Shown one piece after another: positions 7,872-15,779 of a stretch of DNA of 64,000 nucleotides (position 1 is the stretch's first letter; every line of letters starts with the position of its first letter). The position numbers and the translations under genes are program-made. The stretch comes from an uncultured Brevinematales bacterium (GTDB taxonomy: Bacteria > Spirochaetota > Brevinematia > Brevinematales > JAOACQ01): positions 797 to 64,796 of the forward strand of contig CAYMRH010000002.1 in assembly GCA_964392785.1 (NCBI GenBank), given 5' to 3'. Under the pieces are notes generated by a model, which saw only the letters and a program-made list of their open reading frames with translations, ran no database searches and had not been told where the DNA came from.

Positions 7872-9854
7872 TCAAATATTCCGCCGGCGGCCGGTTTCCT
7901 TGAGCTTGTCTTCCATTTCCTTGGCTTTTTCGTAAGGGGCGATCTTGATCAAACCCGCTTCCCGGTAAAAGGTCACGAATTTATAGTCGTTCTTGACGAT
8001 CAGCACGTCGCTTTTGATCTTGATTTTCACCCCGGGATACACCGTTTTGCTGACGGAGATCTTGGCGTCCTTGCCCAGACCTTCCATGTACTCCTGCAAT
8101 TGCCGCAGGTTTTCCTCGAGAGAATCCATCTCCTGTTTCAATTCGTTGTTCTTGAGCGTGAGAACGTTGAACAGGTTCTGCTTTTCCGGCGACAGCGTGC
8201 CCCGACCCATCATCATGGACAGGTTGGAAACCTGGTTCTTGATTTCGGGCCACTCCTTGTTGATTTCCTCCCGGCGTTTCACGATCTCCGCGATCCGGTT
8301 TTCCGCCGTCGGGTCGATCCCGGTTTCGACGTGGGTCTCGGTATAGGCTTCCGCCCCGACATACTTGGCGTTCACCTCATAGAGCGCCCGGACGCGGCCT
8401 CCGGCGATCTGGGACCTCTTGCCGCCGTGGACCAGGACTTTTTTCCGGCACTCGATGTTGGAATGCAGGATCACCTCGGACACGATCACGTACCCGTCCG
8501 CCTTCACGTTGGCGCGCTCGATGAACTTGGCGTAGAGATCCCCCGCGCAGACCACCTTGGCCTCGTCCTTGCCCTGAATCCCCTGGCGCACGATGATGTT
8601 GCCTTCGGCCACCACGCTGGCTTTGCCGATATTGCCCTTGACTTCCACGTTCGCACCGGAATACACCTTGAACGTGTCGTTCACGTTGCCGTACACGATC
8701 ACGTTCCCGGGGAAATTGATGTCTCCCGTGGTCAGGTCCACGTCGCCGCTCACCTCGAACACCGGCTCCACCTGGATCTTGTTGTTCTTGAAGATCACCT
8801 GCCCGTTGATGTCCGCGATGATCTGCAGGCCGTCGCTGGACAGGTGCGTGTTCGGCCCGCACATGAGCTTCACGTCTTTTCCGTCGCGGGCGGGGATCAC
8901 GCGGCCGGTCACGGTCTTTCCCGCGCGGCCTTTCTCGGGCGGGCTCTTGGTCGCGAGAACCTGTCCCACGACCACGCTCTGGACGATATCGAGCTTGTGG
9001 AAGTCCACGCTGCCGTCGGCCGCCACCTCGAATTTGACTTCGTCCTTGTCCGTTTTGAAATGATACTTGACCGTGGCGTCCTTCCCCTCGACGGGCATGT
9101 CGCCTTCGGCGATCAGGATCGGCATATTGTAGAGTTCGTTTTCCACCGCTTCGGCAATGGCTTTGTCCTTGATCCCGAACACCACACCCTTCTGCCGGAG
9201 GGCCGTCACCACTTCCTCCACGTCCACGACCCGGCCGTATTTTTCGGGCTTCGTAAACGTGCCGAACACTTTCATGTCGTCGGGAAAGGTCTGGAGCTGG
9301 AACCGGCCGTCGTAAGAAGACGGCTGATAGTCGCCGATCCGGATATTTTTCCCCGTGGGGTTTTCCGCCTCACGGCGGACCGCATTTTCGTTGTATTTGA
9401 GGATTTCGCGCGCCATGAGCTGGCCCTGGATTTCCTGGATCCCGGCATAGCGGCCGGAACCTTTCGGCGGTTCCACGCGCAGGAAAATTCCCTCCCGGGT
9501 CGCGAAAATCCTGAACCGGCCGTCCTGGTTGGGATTGACAACGATGTCTTCAAACGGCACCGCATCATCCCCGGATTTCAGGAATTCCCCGTCGAACGAA
9601 ACGTGCTCGGACACCTTGACCAGGATCCGGTGGGGTTTCCGCCCGAAACCCAGGAAACCGTTGGACCCTCGCTCCAGGATCTCGTATTCCAGATTGACAA
9701 TGCTGACTTTCATGGCGTCCGCGGCGCTTTTCAGGGCATCCTCGATGGAGAACGCATAAACTTCCACTTCGGAGTATTCGGAACGACCGCCGCCGCGTGA
9801 CGAACCGATGTCCTTGTCCTGGTCCGCGCTCAGAAGACTTCTCAGATCCGGCAT
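7872..9854 (-). CDS. FapA-family (DUF342) protein
   Basis: 660 aa. N-terminal Jag/KH-like module (VEVYAFSIEDALKSAADAMKVSIVNLEYEILERGSNGFLGFGRK). Central/C-terminal beta-helical segment (GDVDLTTGDINFPGNVIVYGNVNDTFKVYSGANVEVKGNIG...) and a C-terminal coiled coil, as in flagellar-assembly-protein-A-like DUF342 proteins. Confidence 0.7.
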   Translation of the reverse strand: MPDLRSLLSADQDKDIGSSRGGGRSEYSEVEVYAFSIEDALKSAADAMKVSIVNLEYEILERGSNGFLGFGRKPHRILVKVSEHVSFDGEFLKSGDDAVPFEDIVVNPNQDGRFRIFATREGIFLRVEPPKGSGRYAGIQEIQGQLMAREILKYNENAVRREAENPTGKNIRIGDYQPSSYDGRFQLQTFPDDMKVFGTFTKPEKYGRVVDVEEVVTALRQKGVVFGIKDKAIAEAVENELYNMPILIAEGDMPVEGKDATVKYHFKTDKDEVKFEVAADGSVDFHKLDIVQSVVVGQVLATKSPPEKGRAGKTVTGRVIPARDGKDVKLMCGPNTHLSSDGLQIIADINGQVIFKNNKIQVEPVFEVSGDVDLTTGDINFPGNVIVYGNVNDTFKVYSGANVEVKGNIGKASVVAEGNIIVRQGIQGKDEAKVVCAGDLYAKFIERANVKADGYVIVSEVILHSNIECRKKVLVHGGKRSQIAGGRVRALYEVNAKYVGAEAYTETHVETGIDPTAENRIAEIVKRREEINKEWPEIKNQVSNLSMMMGRGTLSPEKQNLFNVLTLKNNELKQEMDSLEENLRQLQEYMEGLGKDAKISVSKTVYPGVKIKIKSDVLIVKNDYKFVTFYREAGLIKIAPYEKAKEMEDKLKETGRRRNI

Positions 9855-9942
9855 AATGACCGACCCTATCTTATGTATTGTTCCGTCCGCCCCGCCCGGT
9901 TGAATGGACGACCCCGGTCAGCGGGATAACTCCGGCAAAGGC

Positions 9943-11289
9943 CTAGATCGGGTTCCGGCGCACGAACGCCGGCGGGATATTCAGTTCCGCCCGGTATTTC
10001 GCCACGGTCCGGCGGGAGAGCTGGATCCCCTTCTTCCGGAATATCTGCACGATCCTGTCGTCGCTGAAGGGATCGTTTTTGTCTTCCGCCTCGATGAAAC
10101 TTTTCAGCGTTTCCTTGACGCTCCGGGACGACACGTTGTCGCTGCCCACGTTCGCCGAGAAGAAACGCTTCAGGTTGATGATCCCCTTGCCGGTCTGGAT
10201 ATACTTGTCCTTCACGACCCGGCTGACGGTGGATTCATGGACATTTAATTCATCGGCAATATCCTTTAATTTTAAAGGAACCTGATGCTGGCTGCCCTTG
10301 AGGAAAAAATCCCTCTGTTTTTCCACGATTTTCAGGATCACCTTGAAGATAATCTCCTTGCGGGATTTGAGGTTTTCGATCAGCAGCCGGGCCCGTTCTA
10401 TATGGTCCTTCAGGAACTGCTTTTCATCCCGCCCCAGAACCGTTTTTTTCCCCTTATAGACCTGGTTGTTGTAGAGCTCCAGGGTATGGCGGTTCAGCTT
10501 GACGTCGGGGATATATTCGTCGTTCAGGACGATCTGGATGCCGTTCTCGTCAACGCTCACGGAGGCGTCCGGAATGACATAAAGCGGAAATCCCGTGGAA
10601 AACCGGGCGGTCGGTGTCACGTTCAGTGTCCTGATATGGCCGATGGCCTTCTCGACGGCCTCGAATTTCACCTTGAGTTCCGATGCGATCCGGGTGTAAT
10701 TCTTCTTTTCAAGAAATTCCCGGCACTCATCGAGCATCCGGTATTCCAGGCTGTCCCGCCCGAATTTTTCGGCGGCCTGGACAAGGAGATACTCCTGCAG
10801 GCTGTAGCACCCGACCCCGATCGGGTCCAACCGGATGATCTTCTGACGGGTCTGTTCGAGTTCGTCCGTCGTGATATCGGTGCCTTCCACCAGTTTTTCC
10901 GGAGGAATGGGCTGAAGAACGCCGTTTTCGTCGGGATTCTGGAGAAAGCCCCGGTCGTTGATGCTGGACAGGACCAGTTCGGCGGCGCGCTTCTCCCGGT
11001 CCGAAAACGACAGCCCCGTCACCTGTTCCATCATGAATTTGAAGAGGTTGGCGTCGTAAACGGAAATGTTTTCCATGAAGGACTTGTTGTCAAAATCACC
11101 CTTGGACATACGCGGAACGGTTTTCTTGTTTTCCGACTTTTTGCGCTCCAGAAGCAGCGCGGGATTCTCCTTCACCTCTTCCTCGAGTTTTTCCTTGAGT
11201 TCGGTGGCGGTCAGAACCACCAGTTCAAGCGTCTGAATCAGGGCGGGAGAAATGATCTGCCTCTGCTCCTGATTCATCTGGATCTTCAT
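9943..11289 (-). CDS. rpoN: RNA polymerase sigma-54 factor
   Basis: N-terminal Gln-rich region MKIQMNQEQRQIISPALIQTLELV, core-binding region, and C-terminal HTH plus RpoN box (SRRTVAKYRAELNIP). Start trimmed from the track's 11463 to the ATG at 11289 because the upstream 58 codons are not sigma-54-like. Confidence 0.85.
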   Translation of the reverse strand: MKIQMNQEQRQIISPALIQTLELVVLTATELKEKLEEEVKENPALLLERKKSENKKTVPRMSKGDFDNKSFMENISVYDANLFKFMMEQVTGLSFSDREKRAAELVLSSINDRGFLQNPDENGVLQPIPPEKLVEGTDITTDELEQTRQKIIRLDPIGVGCYSLQEYLLVQAAEKFGRDSLEYRMLDECREFLEKKNYTRIASELKVKFEAVEKAIGHIRTLNVTPTARFSTGFPLYVIPDASVSVDENGIQIVLNDEYIPDVKLNRHTLELYNNQVYKGKKTVLGRDEKQFLKDHIERARLLIENLKSRKEIIFKVILKIVEKQRDFFLKGSQHQVPLKLKDIADELNVHESTVSRVVKDKYIQTGKGIINLKRFFSANVGSDNVSSRSVKETLKSFIEAEDKNDPFSDDRIVQIFRKKGIQLSRRTVAKYRAELNIPPAFVRRNPI

Positions 11290-11443
11290 GGATACCCCGC
11301 TGGCGGTCCCGGACTTCAGATCAAGCGGCCGCGGACCGTTCGGCAACAGGTTATAACAAGACACGGTGAAAATCAAGGGACGGGGCGGGACGTTGATTTT
11401 GACGCCGTTTCCGCCTATACTGATTGATCCTGAGGAGCGGGCC

Positions 11444-12592
11444 GTGTTCGAAAAAATCGACAAGTCTTTTTTTACCGTGGTCCTGATCCTGATGCTTATG
11501 GGGATCGTGTTCGTTTACAGTTCCAGCTACTATATTTCCATCCGCTACACGGGCGCCCCGTACCACTTTACCGTCCGGCAGATCATCTGGGCCGCGGCTT
11601 CACTGGCCGTCATGGCGCTCTTCATCCGTTTTGATTACCGGAAACTGCCGCGATTCGTCAAACCCATGATCCTGGCGACCGTTCTCCTGCTCCTGGCCGT
11701 CTTCCTTCCCGAAGTGGGCCGGGAAAGCGGCGGGGCCAGGCGCTGGATCGATTTCCGCCTGTTCTCGTTCAACCCGTCCGAACTGGCCAAATTGACGGTC
11801 ATTGTTTACCTGGCGTCCATCCTGAACAAAAAACAGTCCAAACTTTCTGATTTCACGTTCGGGATCCTGCCCCCGTTTCTTCTGGTCTGCGTCATTTTCT
11901 TCATCATCCTTCTCCAGTCCGGTTTCTCCACGGCCGTGCTGCTGCTGTGCCTGGCCTTCATTCTCTTTTTCGTGGGCGGGGCGTCCATCAAATATTTCGG
12001 ATTGATGCTGATCCCCAGCGTCCCGATTCTCGCGGCGCTGGTGTTCCAGGTTTCCTACAGGAAGGCCCGCATCCTGTCGTTCATCAACCCCTGGGAAGAC
12101 GCCACCGGAAAAGGATACCACATCATCCAGTCGCTCAAATCCTTCGGCGAAGGGGGCATCCTGGGCGCGGGTCTGGGGAACAGCATGCAGAAAATGACCC
12201 GCCTCCCCACGCCCCATACCGATTTCATCTACTCCGTCATAGCCGAGGAAATGGGCCTGGTCGGCGCGACCGTCATCGCGGCCCTTTACCTTTTTTTGTT
12301 CGTCCGCGGGGTGCTGATCGCGCGCAGGTGCCCGGACCGCTTCGGCCAGCTCCTGGCGTTCGGCATCGTTTCCCTGATCACCTCCCACGCGCTGCTGAAC
12401 ATGGCCATCGCGACCGGCCTGGTCCCGCCCACCGGCGTCTCCCTGCCGTTCATCAGTTCCGGCGGGTCCTCGATGATGGTCCTGGCGGCGGGCAGCGGAA
12501 TGCTCCTGAATATTTCCGCCCGTAATCCGGTCCAGCGGGCCGCAACGGCCTACGAGGAGATCGGTTCGATCATCGAAGGCGACGAATCCTGA
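11444..12592 (+). CDS. FtsW/RodA/SpoVE-family peptidoglycan glycosyltransferase
   Basis: Multi-TM protein with FNPSELAKL, GKGYHIIQSLKSFGEGGILGAGLGNS and LPTPHTDFIYSVIAEEMG motifs. Start placed at GTG 11444 (GAGGAG 6 nt upstream). The track ORF begins at 11366. Confidence 0.8.
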   Translation: MFEKIDKSFFTVVLILMLMGIVFVYSSSYYISIRYTGAPYHFTVRQIIWAAASLAVMALFIRFDYRKLPRFVKPMILATVLLLLAVFLPEVGRESGGARRWIDFRLFSFNPSELAKLTVIVYLASILNKKQSKLSDFTFGILPPFLLVCVIFFIILLQSGFSTAVLLLCLAFILFFVGGASIKYFGLMLIPSVPILAALVFQVSYRKARILSFINPWEDATGKGYHIIQSLKSFGEGGILGAGLGNSMQKMTRLPTPHTDFIYSVIAEEMGLVGATVIAALYLFLFVRGVLIARRCPDRFGQLLAFGIVSLITSHALLNMAIATGLVPPTGVSLPFISSGGSSMMVLAAGSGMLLNISARNPVQRAATAYEEIGSIIEGDES

Positions 12593-12636
12593 CCGGCGTT
12601 TTACCGGACAATCGGCTTCCAATTGTGAAAATTCCC

Positions 12637-12664
12637 TTTACTTTTGCCGCAAATGTCTTATAAT
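12637..12664 (+). promoter_or_regulatory. sigma-70-like promoter candidate
   Basis: TTTACT (12637..12642), 16-nt spacer, TATAAT (12659..12664). Followed by GGAGGAGGGG upstream of the ATG at 12720. Confidence 0.4.
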
Positions 12665-12719
12665 AACGAAAGCAGATTGGGGAATCTGTCCATCATCGTT
12701 ATCATGGAGGAGGGGAATC

Positions 12720-13340
12720 ATGAAAATCTCAGACATCACGCTCGGAAAATCGGTCCTGGAAAACCTGATCGACAAGAAGAAAGACCGCCCGGTTTCTTCT
12801 TCGTCCCGGCTGACCGAACACCTCAACGCCCGCGGCGATTCGTTTGACCCGGAACGTCGCGTCCATCACGACATGGCCCGCATGAGCGAACTGCAGAAAA
12901 ACTTCGCCAGGAATTCCGCCGGCCTGCAGGGTCTTGTCAGTATGAAAAAAATGGTGGACGAACACGACCGGCTCCCCGCGCTGGACCGGAATTACCAGAA
13001 ACTGACGCAGGAACTTTCCGCTATCGTGGCGTCGACCAAATACCAGGGAGAAAACGTCATCAGCTATCTCAGCACCCAGGTGCGGGACGAGAAATCCCTG
13101 TACACCCTGAAAAACGGCCTGGACTCGGAAATCCGGAACGTGCAGCTGAAAATGTCCGCCGAACGGAAGGATATTGCCAGCTACCTGGTGCGCGAGGAAA
13201 ACCTGGCCAGCGTGAGCGCCGGCATTTCCCCCGACCGGAACCTGGAAACGGTCCGGCGCCGGATGCAGGACGCTGACGCCGCGGGCCCGCTGGAAACGCT
13301 CCATCGGAACATCCCGAAGATCTCGGCCCTGCTGGGTTAG
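12720..13340 (+). CDS. small flagellin-superfamily-like protein (divergent, truncated); function uncertain
   Basis: 206 aa with a strong Shine-Dalgarno. By eye it aligns to flagellin terminal helices. SSSSRLTEHLNARGDSFD resembles E(K/R)LSSGLRINxAxDDAAG. ARNSAGLQGL resembles RNAQDGISL. TKYQGENVISYL resembles TxFNGxxLLxG. RRRMQDADAAGPLETLHRN...ISALLG resembles SRIRDADMAKEMxEFTKN...LSLLR. There is no central domain. Confidence 0.4.
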   Translation: MKISDITLGKSVLENLIDKKKDRPVSSSSRLTEHLNARGDSFDPERRVHHDMARMSELQKNFARNSAGLQGLVSMKKMVDEHDRLPALDRNYQKLTQELSAIVASTKYQGENVISYLSTQVRDEKSLYTLKNGLDSEIRNVQLKMSAERKDIASYLVREENLASVSAGISPDRNLETVRRRMQDADAAGPLETLHRNIPKISALLG

Positions 13341-13425
13341 AAACCGCCCGCTGAAAAAGCACACCGCCTGCCGCCGTTTGCGCGACAACCGGACAGGCGG
13401 AATCTCAGGAAGGGGATCAGCTCCG

Positions 13426-14430
13426 ATGACTGATCTGAAACGGCTGTTTTCCGAGCCCGACGCCTCCCCCGTGTTCATCACGGCTGAAATCGGGATCAAT
13501 CACCTGGGCCGGGTGGACCTGGCCCGGCGTCTGATTGAAGCCGCCGGACGCGCGGGCGTTGACGCCGTCAAGTTTCAGGTTTTCCGTACCGAGAAATTCT
13601 ACAACAAACGGCTGGCGCCGGACGCGTTCGGGCTTTTCAGCAGGTTCGAACTGTCCTTTGACGATTTTCTCGGTTTGAAAGAATTCGCGGAATCGGCGGG
13701 TTTGATTTTCTACGCCACACCCCTGGACACGGATTCGCTCGATTTCCTGGTTTCTTCGGGCTGCCCCCTGGTCAAAGTGGCCAGTTCGGACATCACGAGC
13801 GAGCCGTTCCTGGCGGCGATCCGAGACCGTGTCCGCAAGCCGCGCACGCCGGTGATTCTGTCCACGGGATTTGTCAGTCTGGACGCCATTCGCAGGGCTT
13901 CCCGCATTTTCGCGGGATTGCCTCTGGCCCTGGAATACTGCGTCTCGAAATATCCGGCCGATCCCGGGGATTTTGACCTCAATTTTATCGGAACGCTGCG
14001 CCGGGAATTCGGCCGCTCCGGAACCGTGACGGGATTTTCCGACCACAGTCAGGAAAACCTTCTTTCGCTTTCGGCCGTCGCGCTGGGCGCCCGGCTGATC
14101 GAGCGTCATTTCACCACGGACCGTTCCCAGGAAGGCGCGGACCACGCCATGTCGCTGGACCCGGCCATGATGTCCGACCTCGTGCGCGGGATCCGCGAGC
14201 TGGAAAGCGCTCTCGGGCCCGGAATAAAAAGAATCACGGTTTTCGAGTCCTCGGCCGCCGGATCGTCCATGAGAGGGTTGTACGCCTCGCGGGACCTCCG
14301 CGCGGGCGAACAGGTCCGCCCGGAGGATCTGGTTCTGCTCCGGCCCGGCCGCGGGGTGACCCTGAAAAAATACCGTTCGATCCTGAACGGAAAAATCGGA
14401 AAGGACATGGGCGCCTATGAAGAGCTTTAA
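13426..14430 (+). CDS. NeuB-family nonulosonic acid (sialic/pseudaminic/legionaminic acid) synthase
   Basis: FITAEIGINHLGRVDLARRLIEAAGRAGVDAVKFQ is the NeuB signature. C-terminal SAF domain (RGLYASRDLRAGEQVRPEDLVLLRPG). Start trimmed to the ATG at 13426. Confidence 0.8.
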   Translation: MTDLKRLFSEPDASPVFITAEIGINHLGRVDLARRLIEAAGRAGVDAVKFQVFRTEKFYNKRLAPDAFGLFSRFELSFDDFLGLKEFAESAGLIFYATPLDTDSLDFLVSSGCPLVKVASSDITSEPFLAAIRDRVRKPRTPVILSTGFVSLDAIRRASRIFAGLPLALEYCVSKYPADPGDFDLNFIGTLRREFGRSGTVTGFSDHSQENLLSLSAVALGARLIERHFTTDRSQEGADHAMSLDPAMMSDLVRGIRELESALGPGIKRITVFESSAAGSSMRGLYASRDLRAGEQVRPEDLVLLRPGRGVTLKKYRSILNGKIGKDMGAYEEL

Positions 14431-15382
14431 AGTTGCCCTCAAAAACACGACCGAGGAATTTCTTCTTACCGAAGACGTCTGGCTGTGCCTGAACGTCAAG
14501 AAAGACGGTTGCGCGTTCTTCAAGAAGGACAACAAGAACGAGCTGCTGTTCGGAATTTCCCACACCCAGAAGTTCCTTCCGGCCGCCCAGAATATCCCGG
14601 CCAGCGGTCTCCGCGATTCGTTCGATCTGCTGTCCACCAACTACAACAGCGTCTGCCTGTATTATCTCAATTCCTCTGAACGCGTGATCCAGTCCTACAT
14701 CCCGCTGGACATCCACACCGTCCTGTTCCGGAGACGGGAGGGAGATTACGTCGTTTTGAACGACCACCCCCAGAAGATCCGTTATTCCGAGAACGACGTC
14801 CTGGCGGGCTTCAAGGGCAAGCTGTCCGCGAACGAACTGGACAAGCTGAGGGACGTGGTCCTGAAATCCGAAAGAATCTGCTACACCGCCCTGAACGACG
14901 CGGCCGCTTTCCTGGAATCGTACCATTCCGACGTTTTTCCGGTCTTCTGGGTCGACTTCTCCGAGCACCAGGCCTTCTCTTTCCCCATCAAGAGCTCGCT
15001 AAAAACGGTTTCCCTCACCATCGACATGATCAAAAACAAGCTGGTGCGGCACGATTCGGAGAAGATCTGGCAGATCGAAACCGTGCTTCACGAGGCCCTG
15101 GTCAACGCCATCACCTACGGAAGCGAACTGGACCACACCAAGCACGTTTCCGTGAGTTACGAGATGGGGCGCAAGGGCCTTCGCGTCATGATCCGGGATC
15201 TGGGAGCCGGTTTTGACGTCCACAACATTTCCGTGCCGGTGGGCCACGAGGCGCTGGAAAAGATTTCCGGCCGGGGCATCTACATCATGAAGAAATTCTC
15301 GGACGCCCTTTTCTTCAACGAAAAAGGCAACGAACTTCTGCTCTTTTTCCACCTGGGTAGGGACCAAAACCCCGCCTCTTAA
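14417..15382 (+). CDS. RsbW/SpoIIAB-like ATP-binding serine kinase domain protein with an unknown N-terminal domain
   Basis: The C-terminal ~130 aa carry the HATPase_c_2 pattern (ETVLHEALVNAITYG, MIRDLGAGFD, GRGIYIMKKFSD). The N-terminal ~190 aa are unrecognised. Overlaps the NeuB-like stop by 14 nt. Confidence 0.65.
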   Translation: MKSFKVALKNTTEEFLLTEDVWLCLNVKKDGCAFFKKDNKNELLFGISHTQKFLPAAQNIPASGLRDSFDLLSTNYNSVCLYYLNSSERVIQSYIPLDIHTVLFRRREGDYVVLNDHPQKIRYSENDVLAGFKGKLSANELDKLRDVVLKSERICYTALNDAAAFLESYHSDVFPVFWVDFSEHQAFSFPIKSSLKTVSLTIDMIKNKLVRHDSEKIWQIETVLHEALVNAITYGSELDHTKHVSVSYEMGRKGLRVMIRDLGAGFDVHNISVPVGHEALEKISGRGIYIMKKFSDALFFNEKGNELLLFFHLGRDQNPAS

Positions 15383-15446
15383 ACGGCGCGCTTTCGGCCC
15401 TTTCGCCCCCTCCCCTTCCGGCCGGAGCGCCGGAAACCCGCATCTT

Positions 15447-15475
15447 TTGATATTTCCCGCCCACCCTGCTATAAT
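15447..15475 (+). promoter_or_regulatory. sigma-70-like promoter candidate for ferredoxin-serA
   Basis: TTGATA (15447..15452), 17-nt spacer, TATAAT (15470..15475). GGGAGG Shine-Dalgarno before the ATG at 15511. Confidence 0.5.
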
Positions 15476-15510
15476 AATCCCTATTTTACTACGCCTGTGG
15501 GAGGTTCAAA

Positions 15511-15693
15511 ATGGCAGTGACGATCGACCAGAACGCCTGTATCGGATGCGGGGTTTGCGAAAGCATCTACCCCGATCTTTACGAAATGACCGGGGACGGA
15601 AAAGCCCAGGTCAAAGCCCTGTCCTCGATCGATACCGACCTGGCCAAAGACGCCGCGTCCCAGTGCCCGACCAACGCCATATCGGTGGACTGA
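15511..15693 (+). CDS. small [4Fe-4S] ferredoxin
   Basis: 60 aa with CIGCGVCESIYP ... CP, the single-cluster ferredoxin pattern, and a good Shine-Dalgarno. It lies in a different frame inside the spurious N-terminal extension of the serA ORF. Confidence 0.8.
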   Translation: MAVTIDQNACIGCGVCESIYPDLYEMTGDGKAQVKALSSIDTDLAKDAASQCPTNAISVD

Positions 15694-15779
15694 CGGCAGA
15701 CAGAAAAGGCATTCCCGGGCCGGCCTTTTTTCTTGAACGGCACCGGCCCACGCATTTTTCCCATCCTGAGGAGATCCGC

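Noticed and set aside
11290-11463. Upstream extensions of several track ORFs: rpoN to 11463, GH26-like to 19218, Xer to 36381, NeuB-like from 13378, iorA from 40427, PP2C from 41935, FtsW-family from 11366
   Set aside because: The track takes the longest ATG/GTG/TTG ORF. In each case family homology or a signal peptide starts at an internal start codon with a better ribosome-binding site, and the extension overlaps a neighbouring gene or structured intergenic sequence.
12729-13499. 256-aa minus-strand ORF opposite the flagellin-like gene
   Set aside because: The plus-strand ORF has a strong promoter/Shine-Dalgarno pair and a coherent helical sequence. The minus-strand translation is Arg/Pro/Gly-rich and overlaps the NeuB-like start region.
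15447-15779. 111-codon N-terminal extension of the serA ORF in the track
   Set aside because: The extension is Arg/Pro-rich and overlaps, in another frame, a bona fide 60-aa ferredoxin gene and its promoter. serA homology begins at MKFKVMVTD (ATG 15780) with its own GAGGAG.
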